DNA of 64,000 nucleotides from Nitriliruptoraceae bacterium (GTDB lineage Bacteria; Actinomycetota; Nitriliruptoria; Nitriliruptorales; Nitriliruptoraceae): contig JBBDIX010000073.1 of the NCBI GenBank assembly GCA_040880235.1, positions 7,392 to 71,391 of the forward strand. Direction: 5' to 3'. The notes below the pieces were generated by a model that did no database searches, was not told where the DNA came from, and saw only the letters and a program-made list of their open reading frames with translations. Shown one piece after another: positions 27,878 to 39,003 of this stretch. Numbering within the stretch: position 1 is the first letter of the stretch; each line of letters begins with the position of its first letter. Made by a program: the position numbers and the translations under genes.

Positions 27878-28945
27878 GTGCACGTGAGCTCCGAGCCCCA
27901 CGACGGTCCGACGCTGGTGCCGCTGCGTCCACGCGTCGACGCCTGGGCCGCTGCCGGGATCATCACCGCGGAGCAGGCCGACCGGATCGTCGCGCACGAG
28001 CACGCGACCGGCGGATCCGCCGTGGACGCCTCGGCACCGCCGGACTCGAACGCGGTCACGACTCCTCCCACCGCCCCGATGCCTGCCCGCACGACGACGG
28101 GTGCAGAGGCGATCGGCTACGTGGGGGCGGCGCTGGCGCTGGGCGCGCTGAGCCTGCTGTTCGGCGAGGTGTGGAACGACCTGTTCGACTGGGCGCGGCT
28201 GGCCCTGATCGCGACCCTGACACTGGCGGTCGTCGCCGGGGGCTGGGTACTGCGCGGATCCTCGCCGGCGATGCGCCGCCTGGTGTCGGTGCTGTGGACG
28301 GCAGGGGTCGCCGGCGTCGCCTGGTTCACCGCGACGCTCGCGTCCCACGTGCTCGATCTCGACACGGCCGTCGTCGCGGTGGTCGCGGCGGCGGCGGCGT
28401 TCGTCACCGCAGCCGTCCTGTACACGCGGCACACCCGCGCGCTGCTGCAGCTGGCGCTCGCGGTGACGCTCGTGGTCACGCTGACCACCGCGCTCAACCT
28501 CCCACCGATGCGTCCCGAGCCGGTGTGGTTCGGGCTCGTGATCGCTGCGGTCGGGGTGGCCTGGACCATCGCCGCGTGGGGTGGCGCCCTGCGTCCCGTG
28601 ATGCTCGCGGAGATCGTGGGCGCGGGACTCGTACTGGTCGGTGCGCAGGTGGCGTCGTTCACGACCACGCGCACCGCTGCGCTGGCCATCGGCGTGCTCG
28701 CGGCCGCTGCGGTCGTGGCTCTGGCCGTGCGGGCCGACCAGCTGCACCGCCTCGTCGTGGGTGCCCTCGGTCTGTTCGTCCTCGTCCCGCAACTGGTGTT
28801 CGAGTGGTTCGGAGATGTGATCGGTGGACCGGCGACGCTGCTGCTCGTCGGGGTGCTGCTCGTCCTGCTCGCGGTCGGACTCGGACGAGCTCGACGCGAG
28901 GTCACCAGCGGTCGCAGGACCGAAACCGGAGGTGAGGCCGTATGA
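27878..28945 (+). CDS. DUF2157-like integral membrane protein
   Basis: The N-terminal soluble motif is VDAWAAAGIITAEQADRIVAHE, followed by about 9 hydrophobic helices. GTG start. Confidence 0.7.
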   Translation: MHVSSEPHDGPTLVPLRPRVDAWAAAGIITAEQADRIVAHEHATGGSAVDASAPPDSNAVTTPPTAPMPARTTTGAEAIGYVGAALALGALSLLFGEVWNDLFDWARLALIATLTLAVVAGGWVLRGSSPAMRRLVSVLWTAGVAGVAWFTATLASHVLDLDTAVVAVVAAAAAFVTAAVLYTRHTRALLQLALAVTLVVTLTTALNLPPMRPEPVWFGLVIAAVGVAWTIAAWGGALRPVMLAEIVGAGLVLVGAQVASFTTTRTAALAIGVLAAAAVVALAVRADQLHRLVVGALGLFVLVPQLVFEWFGDVIGGPATLLLVGVLLVLLAVGLGRARREVTSGRRTETGGEAV

Positions 28946-29673
28946 CCGATCCCGTTGACACCGAATCCGCTGGCACCGAACCCGCCGGCCACGTTGCCGT
29001 CGACCGGGGAGACCCCGCGGATCCCGACGCGCGCCGCCGGAACCTGTCACTGGTGGGCGCGGCGCTCGTCGTCGTGCTGGTGTTCGCCGCCGTGCTGGTG
29101 TTCGGGGTCGCCCGACCTCCCGAACTCTCGCACGTGTCCGAGGCATCGACTGGTCTCGTGGCCGGGGTCGCCTGGACCGCATGGGACGAGTCCAGCACCT
29201 GCGTGAACGTCGCTGACCCGGACGGGACGGTGCGTGAGCTGTACTGCGACGAACAGGGCGGCGACGTCATGTCCTGGACGGCCGAGGGCATCCTTCTGCG
29301 CAGCTGGACATCGGCGGGGGAACTCGAACTGGTCATCGACTCGACCGACGGCAGCGTCGTCTCTCGCCGGACCGTCGAGGACACGGCCACGTTGCCCGAC
29401 ACCGAGTACGTGCGGTCGTCGCGTGAGGACGGTCGACTCGTCGTGAGCCTGGAACTGTCCGGAGACGTGATCTGGGACGTCGAGTCGCCCGAGGCGTACC
29501 GCATCGAGCAGGGTCAGCGCTCGCCCGACGGGGACTGGGTCGCGATGAGCGACAGTGCCCAGCGGCTGCTGGTCGTGCCGGCCGACGGTTCGGCTGACCC
29601 GCTCCTGTGGGTCGAGGACTTCGACACCTGGCAGATGGTCGTGTGGCAGGACACTCGCGCGGCGATGGGCTGA
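28942..29673 (+). CDS. Hypothetical single-pass membrane protein with extracytoplasmic domain
   Basis: The ATG overlaps the upstream stop (ATGA). A TM segment (LSLVGAALVVVLVFAAVLVFGV) is followed by a roughly 170-aa Asp/Trp-rich domain containing a Cys pair (STCVNV...LYCDEQGG). I recognised no family. Confidence 0.6.
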   Translation: MTDPVDTESAGTEPAGHVAVDRGDPADPDARRRNLSLVGAALVVVLVFAAVLVFGVARPPELSHVSEASTGLVAGVAWTAWDESSTCVNVADPDGTVRELYCDEQGGDVMSWTAEGILLRSWTSAGELELVIDSTDGSVVSRRTVEDTATLPDTEYVRSSREDGRLVVSLELSGDVIWDVESPEAYRIEQGQRSPDGDWVAMSDSAQRLLVVPADGSADPLLWVEDFDTWQMVVWQDTRAAMG

Positions 29674-29737
29674 CCGGACGCGGCAGTAGCATCGTCCGGG
29701 AAGCGGCGAGCCGCACCGCGACCGACGGACCGACCTG

Positions 29738-32386
29738 ATGACCGAACTGCCCAGCGCGTACGACCCTGCCTCCGTGGAGCCCGACCTCTATCTGGACTGG
29801 GAGTCCGCGGGGCTGTTCCACGCGTCTGCTGACGACGACGGTGAACCCTTCTCGATCGTCATCCCGCCCCCGAACGTCACGGGATCCCTGCACCTGGGTC
29901 ACGCGCTCGACTACGCGATCCAGGACGCGATCATCCGCCGCGAACGCATGCGCGGGCGCAACGCCGTGTGGATACCCGGCACCGACCACGCCGGCATCGC
30001 CACGCAGAACGTCGTCGAACGCCTGCTGGCCGCCGAGGGCACGGATCGCCACGAACTCGGCCGTGAGGCCTTCATCGAGCGGGTGTGGCAGTTCCGTGCC
30101 GAGTCCGGGGGCACGATCCTGCGACAGCTGCGTGAACTGGGCGCGTCGGCCGACTGGGACCGTGAGGTCTTCACGTTCGACGAGGACCGGTCACGTGCCG
30201 TGCGTGAGGTCTTCGTCGCACTGTACGAGCAGGGGCTCATCTACCGCGGCACCCGGTTGATCAACTGGTGTCCGCGCTGCGCGACCGCCCTGTCCGACAT
30301 CGAGGTGGAGCACCGCGACGTCGAGGGTGAGCTCACCCGTTTCCGCTACCCGTTCGCCGACGGTTCCGGCGACGGCATCGAGGTGGCCACCACCCGTCCG
30401 GAGACGATGCTCGGCGACACCGCGATCGCCGTGCACCCCGACGACGACCGCTACCGCGGACTGGTCGGCAGGACCGTGCGTCATCCGTTCCAGGATCGCG
30501 AGTTCGCGATCGTTGCCGACGAGTACGTCGACCCCGAGTTCGGGTCCGGAGCGGTCAAGATCACCCCGGCCCACGATCCCAACGACCACGCCATGGCGCT
30601 GCGTCACGACCTCGAGGTCATCGACATCCTCGACGACTCGGCGGTCACCACCGACGTGGTGGGCGAGCGCTTCGCAGGCCTCGACCGCTTCGAGGCGCGA
30701 CGCGCCGTGGTCGCCGCCCTCGACGAGGCGGGCCTGCTGCTCGGGGTCGACCGGCACGACCACGCCGTCGGCCACTGTTCACGGTGCGAGACGGTGGTGG
30801 AGCCACGGCTGTCCGAGCAGTGGTTCGTGGCGATGCGCCAGCTCGCCGAGCGTGCGGCCCGGGCGGTGCGTGACGGACGGACCGTGTTCGTGCCCGAGTC
30901 GAGCACGCGCGGGTTCCTCGAGTGGCTCGACAACCTGCACGACTGGTGCATCTCGCGCCAGATCTGGTGGGGCCACCGCATCCCCGCGTGGTACGGACCC
31001 GGTGGGCAGATCCGCGTCAGCCGCGAGGACGTCACCGACGACGGTTGGGCGCAGGACCCCGACGTGCTCGACACCTGGTTCTCCTCTCAGCTGTGGCCGT
31101 TCAGCGTGTTCGGCTGGCCAGAGCGCACCCCGGAACTCGAGGCCTGGTTCCCGACGTCGACGCTGGTGACCGGGTACGACATCAACACGTTCTGGGTCAG
31201 CCGCATGCTGATGATCAGCCTGTGGTTCACCGACGACGTGCCGTTCCGGGTCGTGCACAACCACGGGCTGGTGCGCGACGAGCACGGCAAGAAGATGTCG
31301 AAGTCGTTCGGCAACGTCATCGACCCGCTCGATCTCATCCGCTCCCACGGAGCCGACGCGACCCGGTTCGCGCTGATGCGGTCGGCCGCCCCCGGCGCCG
31401 ACGTCCCGATGGCCGAGGAGTGGGTCGAGGGTGCCCGACGGTTCGCCAACAAGCTGTGGAACGCCGGTCGGTTCGCGCTCGTCAACCTCGACGGAACGAC
31501 GCCCGGAGACCTGCCGGCTGTCGACGCCCGGGCACTCGAGGACCGGTGGATCCTCAGTCGGCTCGCCAGGACGCACGCCGACGTCGACGCGGCCTATGAC
31601 GCCTACGACTGGCCCGTCGCCGCGCGCGGCCTCTACCACTTCGTGTGGGACGAGCTCGCCGACTGGTACCTCGAGGCCCTGAAGCGCCGCATGCACGGCG
31701 ACGACCCGGCCGAGGCGGACGCCGCCCGCCGGACGCTCGCACACGTGCTGGACACCGTCCTGCGGCTGCTGCACCCGGTGATGCCGTTCGTGACCGAGGC
31801 GATGTGGCGCTCCCTGACGGGTGCGTCGGGCGGCGGTGACTCCCTGATGGTCGCCGCATGGCCGGACTCCGACGAGCGCCTGATCGACGCCGACGCGGAA
31901 GCGCGGTTCGACGTGCTGCGTGGTCTGGTGACGGAGGTCAACCGGTTCCGGTCCCAGAACCGGATCGCGCCCTCCGCACGCTTCGAACTGACCCTCGAGT
32001 CCGACCGGCGCGACCTGCTCGAGGAGGAGGCAGACCTCGTGACCTCGCTGGCCGGCCTGTCGGGCCTCGTGTTCGCCGACACGCTCCGCGACGCGCCGGG
32101 GACCTCGACGATCGTGTTCCCGGCGGGACGCGCCCAGGTGGCGCTCGCCGGGCTGATCGACGTCGCCGCCGAGGTCGAACGTCTGGACCGGGAACTCGAT
32201 CGTGTCGCGCAGGAACGTGCGCGCATCGAGGGCAAGCTCGCCAACGAGTCGTTCGTGTCCCGTGCGCCTGCCGAGGTCGTCGACCGAGAACGCGCACGGC
32301 TGGCGGAACTCGACCGGACCGCGGGCGAACTCGCGCAGCAGCGTGACGCGCTGGGGGCCATCGATGGCCCGCCGACGTCGGACTGA
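29738..32386 (+). CDS. valS: Valine--tRNA ligase
   Basis: Diagnostic motifs are PPPNVTGSLHLGHAL (HIGH), KMSKSFGN (KMSKS) and a C-terminal coiled coil. Confidence 0.95.
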   Translation: MTELPSAYDPASVEPDLYLDWESAGLFHASADDDGEPFSIVIPPPNVTGSLHLGHALDYAIQDAIIRRERMRGRNAVWIPGTDHAGIATQNVVERLLAAEGTDRHELGREAFIERVWQFRAESGGTILRQLRELGASADWDREVFTFDEDRSRAVREVFVALYEQGLIYRGTRLINWCPRCATALSDIEVEHRDVEGELTRFRYPFADGSGDGIEVATTRPETMLGDTAIAVHPDDDRYRGLVGRTVRHPFQDREFAIVADEYVDPEFGSGAVKITPAHDPNDHAMALRHDLEVIDILDDSAVTTDVVGERFAGLDRFEARRAVVAALDEAGLLLGVDRHDHAVGHCSRCETVVEPRLSEQWFVAMRQLAERAARAVRDGRTVFVPESSTRGFLEWLDNLHDWCISRQIWWGHRIPAWYGPGGQIRVSREDVTDDGWAQDPDVLDTWFSSQLWPFSVFGWPERTPELEAWFPTSTLVTGYDINTFWVSRMLMISLWFTDDVPFRVVHNHGLVRDEHGKKMSKSFGNVIDPLDLIRSHGADATRFALMRSAAPGADVPMAEEWVEGARRFANKLWNAGRFALVNLDGTTPGDLPAVDARALEDRWILSRLARTHADVDAAYDAYDWPVAARGLYHFVWDELADWYLEALKRRMHGDDPAEADAARRTLAHVLDTVLRLLHPVMPFVTEAMWRSLTGASGGGDSLMVAAWPDSDERLIDADAEARFDVLRGLVTEVNRFRSQNRIAPSARFELTLESDRRDLLEEEADLVTSLAGLSGLVFADTLRDAPGTSTIVFPAGRAQVALAGLIDVAAEVERLDRELDRVAQERARIEGKLANESFVSRAPAEVVDRERARLAELDRTAGELAQQRDALGAIDGPPTSD

Positions 32387-32395
32387 CGTGCCGAC

Positions 32396-33763
32396 GTGAC
32401 CGACGACACCGTCCTCGCTGCAGACCGCGACGCGTTCGAGCGGGCCCGAGACGCCCTGTTCGCGCGGGGTCCCGGGCGCATGATCCCGGACCTGGCGAGG
32501 ATCACCGAACTCACTGGCCTGCTCGGAGATCCCCAGCTCGCCTACCCGACCGTGCACGTCACCGGCACCAACGGCAAGGGCTCGACGGTGCGGATGGTCG
32601 CGTCGTTGTGTGCGGCCGTGGGCATCAGCGCCGGGACGTACACCTCGCCGCACCTGCAGTCCATCCGCGAGCGGATCGGGCGGGCCGGCGAACCGATCGA
32701 CCCGGGGTCGTTCGCGCGGGTGCACGACGAGGTGGCGGTGATCGCCGACCTGCTCGACGAGCGTGCCCGAGCGTCCGGGGACGCGGAGCCCGACACGGTC
32801 ACGTTCTTCGAGATGCTCACCGCGATGGCCTTCGCATGGTTCGCCGACGCGCCGGTCGACGTCGGGGTCGTCGAGGTCGGCATGGGTGGACGCTGGGACG
32901 CGACCAACGTCGTGCGCGGTGACGTCGCGGTCCTCAATGAGATCGACCTCGACCACACCGAACTTGGCGGCACCCCGGTGGAGGTCGCCGGGGAGAAGGT
33001 CGGCATCGTCAAGCCGGGCTCGCACGTGGTCACCTCGCGCCAGACCGACGAGGTCGCCGCGGTCATCGCTTCGGCGGCACGCGAACACGATGCGACGCTG
33101 TGGCGACTCGGACACGAGTTCGACGTGACGTCCGACCGGGTCGCGATGGGTGGTCGGTTCGTCGACCTGCGGGTCGGCGAGCGGGTCGTGACCGACGTGA
33201 TGGTTCCGCTGTACGGCGCCCACCAGGCGCGCAACGCCGCCGTCTCCCTCGCCGCGTTCGCCGGGTTCACCGGCGAGTCGTTCACGTCCATGGACGACGA
33301 CGTGCTGCGTGAGGGGTTCGCCGCCGTGGAGGTCCCGGGGCGCCTGGAGGTCGTGCACCGCGAACCCACGATCGTGCTCGACGGGGCCCACAACCCACTC
33401 GGGGCCCGGGCCGTGGCCGCCGCACTCGAAGAGTCGTTCGGGTTCCGCGAACTGGTGCTGGTGGTGGCGTGCCTCGAGGAGAAGGACGTCGTGGGGATCC
33501 TGTCGGAACTGCGGACCGTCGCCTCCCACGTGATCGTCACGCGAGCGGACTCGCCCCGCGCCATGGACGTCGCAGGGATGCACGCGGCCGCACTGGAGGT
33601 CTGGGAATCGACGGGCGTGGCCGTGGAGGCCGCCGACTCCGTCGCCGACGCGCTCGACCTCGCCACGAACCTCGTGTCGGACGGCGACGGGATCCTCGTC
33701 ACCGGTTCGCTGCACACCGTCGGCGAGGCCCGAGCGCGCCACCGACCGGTCGATGACGCGTAG
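32396..33763 (+). CDS. folC: Bifunctional folylpolyglutamate synthase / dihydrofolate synthase
   Basis: Diagnostic motifs are [11 protein letters not shown] (Mur-ligase P-loop) and [14 protein letters not shown]. The valS-folC-ndk order is conserved. Confidence 0.9.
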   Translation: MTDDTVLAADRDAFERARDALFARGPGRMIPDLARITELTGLLGDPQLAYPTVHVTGTNGKGSTVRMVASLCAAVGISAGTYTSPHLQSIRERIGRAGEPIDPGSFARVHDEVAVIADLLDERARASGDAEPDTVTFFEMLTAMAFAWFADAPVDVGVVEVGMGGRWDATNVVRGDVAVLNEIDLDHTELGGTPVEVAGEKVGIVKPGSHVVTSRQTDEVAAVIASAAREHDATLWRLGHEFDVTSDRVAMGGRFVDLRVGERVVTDVMVPLYGAHQARNAAVSLAAFAGFTGESFTSMDDDVLREGFAAVEVPGRLEVVHREPTIVLDGAHNPLGARAVAAALEESFGFRELVLVVACLEEKDVVGILSELRTVASHVIVTRADSPRAMDVAGMHAAALEVWESTGVAVEAADSVADALDLATNLVSDGDGILVTGSLHTVGEARARHRPVDDA

Positions 33764-33849
33764 TCTGGGCATCCCCGTGGCCGTGCGCGGTCTGGCGGGG
33801 ACGGTCCCGACGGGACGACGGCAACAGACGACGACCCTGGAGGTCACCG

Positions 33850-34266
33850 GTGGCAGTGGAGAAGACGCTCATCCTCGTGAAGCCCGACGGCGTGCGCCGC
33901 GGCCTGGTCGGGGAGGTGGTGGGACGCATCGAACGCAAGGGCTGGACGCTGGAGGCCCTCGAGCTGCGAACGATCGACCGTTCGGTTGCCGAGTCCCACT
34001 ACGCCGAGCATGTCGAGCGCCCCTTCTTCGGGGAACTGGTCGAATTCATCACCTCCGCGCCACTGGTCGCGATGTGTGTCCGCGGCGACGACGCGATCGC
34101 CGGCATGCGCGCACTCATGGGGGCGACCAACCCCATCGAGGCGACGCCCGGCTCGATCCGCGGCGACTTCGCCACCGTGATCGGGGAGAACATCGTCCAT
34201 GGGTCCGACTCGCCGGAGAGCTCGGCGCGCGAACTCGAGATCTTCTTCCCCGGTCGCTTCCAGTAG
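33850..34266 (+). CDS. ndk: Nucleoside-diphosphate kinase
   Basis: Diagnostic motifs are [33 protein letters not shown]...PGSIRGDF and [11 protein letters not shown] start at 33850. Confidence 0.95.
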   Translation: MAVEKTLILVKPDGVRRGLVGEVVGRIERKGWTLEALELRTIDRSVAESHYAEHVERPFFGELVEFITSAPLVAMCVRGDDAIAGMRALMGATNPIEATPGSIRGDFATVIGENIVHGSDSPESSARELEIFFPGRFQ

Positions 34267-34317
34267 TCCCCAGGCCCGCGGCGTTCCGCGTCGTCGGGGT
34301 CCGCGCGGCCATGCACG

Positions 34318-34848
34318 ATGGCTCCCTCATCCGTGGAGGAGCATCACGTGACGCAGATCGCCGTGCCCGACACCTGGACGCCCGGTCCGACGACGGGGAC
34401 TGTGCGTCCCGGTCCCGGATGTGCCACGTGTGACCGCTTCGAGGTGATCTCCCCGCGCCCACGCGCAGAGATCACCTCGCCCGACGCGGCCGCCCGAGTG
34501 CTCGTCCCGGCGTTCGACGGTGCGGACCGCGAGCGATGCGTCGCGGCGCTGCTCGACACGAAGCATCGCCTGCGTGCGATGGTCACGGTCAGTGTCGGGT
34601 CGATCGACCACACCTTCATGGCGCCACGGGAAGTGCTGCGAGACGCCCTGCTGGCCAATGCCGCGGCCGTCGTGCTCGCCCACAACCACCCGTCGGGCGA
34701 CCCGTCTCCGTCCCGTGACGACGAGGCCGTCACCCGCAGGCTGATGCGGGCGGGCGAACTGGTCGGGGTGGAGGTGCTCGATCACCTGGTGATCGGGGCC
34801 GACCGTTGGGTGAGTCTGGCGCGACGAGGGGTGGCCACGGACAACTGA
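34318..34848 (+). CDS. RadC-like JAB/MPN domain protein (no N-terminal HhH region)
   Basis: The JAMM motif is VVLAHNHPSGDPSPSRDD, with VEVLDHLVIG also present. The start is uncertain (ATG 34318 or GTG 34348). Confidence 0.7.
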   Translation: MAPSSVEEHHVTQIAVPDTWTPGPTTGTVRPGPGCATCDRFEVISPRPRAEITSPDAAARVLVPAFDGADRERCVAALLDTKHRLRAMVTVSVGSIDHTFMAPREVLRDALLANAAAVVLAHNHPSGDPSPSRDDEAVTRRLMRAGELVGVEVLDHLVIGADRWVSLARRGVATDN

Positions 34849-34869
34849 TGATCGTGGCTGGCCACCTCC

Positions 34870-37758
34870 TCACTCGAGGTGCGGGTGGTGGCCCGTCGCC
34901 TGCAGGTGGAGCGCGTCGACCAGGGTGCGGGCCCCACGGAGGCTCGCGCTGCGGTCGTCGAGTTCGATCGTCAGCTCCCAACGTGTGCCGGCGTCGACGT
35001 GGACCAGGCTCAGCACGTCGCGCGGGACGCTCGAGCGCCGCACCGACGTGCGGGCCAGTCGGGGTTCGGGGTCGTCGGAGCGATGGATCTGCAGGGTCCA
35101 GCTGGCCGTGTCGAGGATGTCCATCACCGTGTCCGCGAGTGTCGTCAGCAGTTCCTCCGTCTCCGTCGCGTCGGCAACCACCTGCGTGGTCCAGCGGTCG
35201 AGGGCGGCCACCCGGGGGATGCCGTCCGTGGGGTGTCGTTCGTGGCGGCGACGATCGTGTGCGGGACGTCGTACCGGGACCGTGGTGCTGTCGGTGGTGG
35301 GGTCGGCGTCGCCGGCGACCACGACCGTCTCGCCGCGCATGATGGCCCGGTGTTCGGCCGCGTCTGCCCGTGCGACCACCATCCTGCGACTGGTGTCCGC
35401 GTCGTTCACCGCGACGACGCCGCAGTGGAGTCGCGGCTGGGGAACGGGCCCGGTGAGCAGGCGTTGCTGGGCACGCTCCAGTCGGGCGGCGACCTCGTCG
35501 GGCGGCAGGGTGGCCACCACGCAGAACTCGTCACTGGAGATTCGTGCGACCAGGGCGTCCGGGAACCCGGGGATCTCCGCGGACAGGGCGGCGCCGGTCC
35601 GGATGAGCACCTCGTCGCCGGTCTGGTGGCCGAACTCGTCGTTGATGGCGTGCAGTGCCTCGACATCGACGAGTGCGACCGCGAGTCCGACCCGGGTCGC
35701 GGGATTGTCGAGCAGCACGTCCAGGTGCCACTCGAGGGCGCGGCGGTTGGGCAGCCCGGTCAGCTGGTCCTCGCTGGCCAGACGACTGATCCGTGTCAGG
35801 TCCTCGGCGTGCCGGATGGCCACGGCGAGAAACCCCGCGACGGTGCTCAGCGGTGGACCGTCGGCAAACGTGAACGACGGGGCGCCGAGTGCCGTCGCCG
35901 CCTGTAGGCATCCCCAGACCTCCCCGTCGACCACGATGGGGACGTAGGCGGCGGATCCGCGCTGGCGCTGTCGCAGGTGTGCCTGCTCGACGGGGTCGCC
36001 AGCGGGATCCCCCAAAGTCTCCACGTGGAACGTGCGCTGCAGGACCCTTGACAGGCCGGCGGGCAGGTCCGCCACGGTGTAGACCTCGTTCGCGGGCTGG
36101 CGGTACTCGCCCGGTCGCAGATCGCCCAGGTTGACGAGGACGCGGGCGATGGGTGGATCGTCCGGGGTCCCACCGTGCTCGAATCGTCCGAGGGACAGGG
36201 ACGACGCCCCGATGAACTTGCGGGCCTCGTCGGCGGCCACCTCGAGGATGTCCTCGAGGCTCCCGGACACGCCGATCGCGCGGATCAGGCCGGCCAGGGC
36301 GCGCAGTTGCTCTTCCGGGCTACCGCTGGAGGTCCTTCCCCGGCTCAGCACGAACGCGGTCGCCTGCGGGTCGGAGACCGACGGCGTCGCCCACCAGTCC
36401 GCCACGCGTGCACGCAGTTCGGCGTCCACGGCCGGATCCGGGTGTGCGGCGAGCAGTGCGGGATCAGGTTGCAGAGCTCCTCGCGCCCTCTGTACCGACA
36501 ACGCCCAGGCGGTGCGGGCGATGGCCCCGGCGGTCGTGTCGCGGGAGATGATGGGCGTCACGGCGAGCGCACCGAGCAGTTCGCCGACCTCGACGTCCAC
36601 ATGTGTGACGTCGATGTCGGCGCCGTTGAGCAGCGCCTCGACGTCCGGGATGGTCGCGAGCAGGGCGGCGGCATCGGTGCGCAGCCGGTGGGCGCCGATC
36701 GCGGAGGCGATGACGACGGCGACCGCGGCCGCGTCCGCGCGCACCACGGCCGTGGCCGGGTCCGCAGCGATCAGGAACCTCGACAGGCCGATGCCGACCT
36801 CGAGTGCGTCCTGCGACAGGCCCTGGCTGCGGATGACGGGCAGCATCGTCTCGTCGGCGAACCGTGCCGAACGCAGGTCGAGGTCCTCGCCGCGGGCCGG
36901 TCGGCCGAACAGGTAGCCCTGGCCGAGCTGACATCCCCAGCTGCGCAGGATCCGTGCCTGTTCGATGGTCTCGATGCCCTCACCGACGAGTTCGAGTCCG
37001 AGTGAGCGCGCCATGCCGATGGTCGCCTGCACGATCAGCCCGCGCCCGCGCACGGTGCGGTCCTCCTGCAGTGCGGACACGAACGACCGATCCAGCTTCA
37101 CGATCCGTGCCGGGGTGTTGGCGAGCAGGTCGAGGGAGCCGAACCCGGTCCCGAAGTCATCGAGCGACATGACGACCCCGGCGGACGTCAGGGAGTACAT
37201 CGTCTCCTGGGAGACCGCGTTGTGGTCCAGCGCTGCGGTCTCCGTGATCTCGATGACCAGCGCTCCGTTGGGCAGACCGTTGGCGGCGAGGATGGCGAGC
37301 ACCCGGGACGTGTACTCGGGGTCCTGGAACTCGGTGGGGGAGGCGTTGACGTGCACGAGCAGGTCGGGCACCGCGACACGCCACACGGACAGCCATGCGC
37401 ACGTCTCCTCGAGCACATAGGTCCCGAGCACGCCGATCAGGCCGGAGTCCTCTGCGACGGCGACGAGCCGGGGAGCGCCCGCCAGTTCGTCCGCTGGCGG
37501 GGGTTCGAGGCGGACCAGTGCCTCCACGGCGACGACACGGCCGTCGTCGAGATCCACGATGGGTTGAAAGGCCACGTGGACGGCGCCATCGGTCAGTGCC
37601 TGGCCCAGCACGTCGGCCGGAGATCCGCCTGTGGTCGCGGTCGTTTCACGCCACCGGCGGACTGCCTCGAGGCTCGCCCCGCGGTCCACCTGCGGAGGCT
37701 GCGTCCGCGGTTGCTCGGTCACGCAGGTGACCTCCCTGGTCCGGCCCGGGCGGTCCAC
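34870..37758 (-). CDS. Multidomain c-di-GMP signalling protein: N-terminal EAL, Ala-rich linker, GAF, degenerate GGDEF (SSDEF), unknown C-terminal domain
   Basis: EAL-domain motifs are AFQPIV...[31 protein letters not shown] and QGYLFGRP. The GAF-like region contains [17 protein letters not shown]...[15 protein letters not shown]. The GGDEF domain reads [11 protein letters not shown]...[12 protein letters not shown]...[10 protein letters not shown], with SSDEF at 35524-35538. Confidence 0.85.
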   Translation of the reverse strand: MDRPGRTREVTCVTEQPRTQPPQVDRGASLEAVRRWRETTATTGGSPADVLGQALTDGAVHVAFQPIVDLDDGRVVAVEALVRLEPPPADELAGAPRLVAVAEDSGLIGVLGTYVLEETCAWLSVWRVAVPDLLVHVNASPTEFQDPEYTSRVLAILAANGLPNGALVIEITETAALDHNAVSQETMYSLTSAGVVMSLDDFGTGFGSLDLLANTPARIVKLDRSFVSALQEDRTVRGRGLIVQATIGMARSLGLELVGEGIETIEQARILRSWGCQLGQGYLFGRPARGEDLDLRSARFADETMLPVIRSQGLSQDALEVGIGLSRFLIAADPATAVVRADAAAVAVVIASAIGAHRLRTDAAALLATIPDVEALLNGADIDVTHVDVEVGELLGALAVTPIISRDTTAGAIARTAWALSVQRARGALQPDPALLAAHPDPAVDAELRARVADWWATPSVSDPQATAFVLSRGRTSSGSPEEQLRALAGLIRAIGVSGSLEDILEVAADEARKFIGASSLSLGRFEHGGTPDDPPIARVLVNLGDLRPGEYRQPANEVYTVADLPAGLSRVLQRTFHVETLGDPAGDPVEQAHLRQRQRGSAAYVPIVVDGEVWGCLQAATALGAPSFTFADGPPLSTVAGFLAVAIRHAEDLTRISRLASEDQLTGLPNRRALEWHLDVLLDNPATRVGLAVALVDVEALHAINDEFGHQTGDEVLIRTGAALSAEIPGFPDALVARISSDEFCVVATLPPDEVAARLERAQQRLLTGPVPQPRLHCGVVAVNDADTSRRMVVARADAAEHRAIMRGETVVVAGDADPTTDSTTVPVRRPAHDRRRHERHPTDGIPRVAALDRWTTQVVADATETEELLTTLADTVMDILDTASWTLQIHRSDDPEPRLARTSVRRSSVPRDVLSLVHVDAGTRWELTIELDDRSASLRGARTLVDALHLQATGHHPHLE

Positions 37759-37916
37759 CGACGCTCATCGAGACGCAGGCCAGGACCGCTCATCCCACGG
37801 TCGGCCCCCGTCGGCCGAAGAGGGGGACTCTACAGGTTCGAATGGCCGACCGGAGTGGCTCCTCGCGTTCCTCGGCGGTGTTAGTCTCGACCGCAACACG
37901 ACGATTCAGGCCTGGC

Positions 37917-38957
37917 GTGGCGAGCTTCACCTCCACCTTCCAGTTCCTCGGCCGAGACATGGCCGTGGACCTCGGCACCGCGAACACCCTCGTCTACGTG
38001 CGAGGCCGCGGCATCGTGCTCAATGAGCCGTCCGTGGTCGCCATCAACACGCGCAACGGCGCGATCCTCGCCGTCGGCTCCGAGGCGAAGCGGATGATCG
38101 GCCGCACTCCGGCCCACATCATCGCGGTGCGTCCCCTGAAGGACGGTGTGATCGCCGACTTCGACGTCACGGAGAAGATGCTCCGCTACTTCATCCAACA
38201 GGTGCACAAGCGGCGCTTCCTCGCCAAGCCACGTGTGGTCGTGTGTGTCCCGTCGGGGATCACCGGGGTCGAACAGCGTGCCGTCGAGGAGGCCTCCGTG
38301 CAGGCGGGTGCGCGTGCGGCCTACATCATCGAGGAGCCGATGGCGGCGGCCATCGGTGCAGGACTGCCGATCCACGAGCCCGCAGGCAACATGGTCGTCG
38401 ACATCGGCGGGGGGACGACCGAGGTCGCGGTGATCTCGCTCGGGGGGATCGTGACGTCGCAGTCGATCCGCATCGGCGGAGACGAACTCGACGAGGCGAT
38501 CATCTCCTACATCAAGAAGGAGTACTCGCTCATGCTCGGCGAACGCACCGCCGAGGAGATCAAGATGGCGGTGGGCAGCGCGTTCCCGCTTCCCGACGAG
38601 CCCCACGCGGAGATCCGTGGACGCGACCTGGTGTCCGGACTGCCCAAGACGATCATCCTGTCGGCGGACGAGGTCCGCAAGGCGATGGAGGAACCGGTCA
38701 ACGCCATCATCGACGCGGTCAAGAACACCCTGGACAAGACCCCGCCGGAACTCGCTGCGGACATCATGGACAAGGGCATCGTCCTCACCGGCGGTGGGGG
38801 TCTGCTCAAGGGGCTCGACGAACGGCTGAAGCACGAGACCGGCATCCCGATCCACGTGGCGGAGAACCCGCTGTCGTCGGTCGCGATCGGATCCGGGAAG
38901 TGTCTGGAGGAGTTCGAGGCCCTCAAGAAGCTGTTGATCTCGTCTTCCCGCCACTGA
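37917..38957 (+). CDS. mreB: Rod shape-determining protein MreB
   Basis: Diagnostic motifs are [43 protein letters not shown] and [11 protein letters not shown]. The ORF opens at 37842; GTG 37917 gives a typical MreB N-terminus. Confidence 0.9.
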   Translation: MASFTSTFQFLGRDMAVDLGTANTLVYVRGRGIVLNEPSVVAINTRNGAILAVGSEAKRMIGRTPAHIIAVRPLKDGVIADFDVTEKMLRYFIQQVHKRRFLAKPRVVVCVPSGITGVEQRAVEEASVQAGARAAYIIEEPMAAAIGAGLPIHEPAGNMVVDIGGGTTEVAVISLGGIVTSQSIRIGGDELDEAIISYIKKEYSLMLGERTAEEIKMAVGSAFPLPDEPHAEIRGRDLVSGLPKTIILSADEVRKAMEEPVNAIIDAVKNTLDKTPPELAADIMDKGIVLTGGGGLLKGLDERLKHETGIPIHVAENPLSSVAIGSGKCLEEFEALKKLLISSSRH

Positions 38958-39003
38958 CCGACCGCGCATCGAGGCGCTGTGGGCGACACGGAGGCCTGCG
39001 CTC

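Noticed and set aside
33753-34433. 226-aa ORF overlapping ndk in another frame, along with other overlapping alternative-frame ORFs of 60-250 aa throughout the track.
   Set aside because: Each overlaps a confidently identified gene (here ndk) and has biased Arg/Gly/Pro composition. They are frame artefacts.
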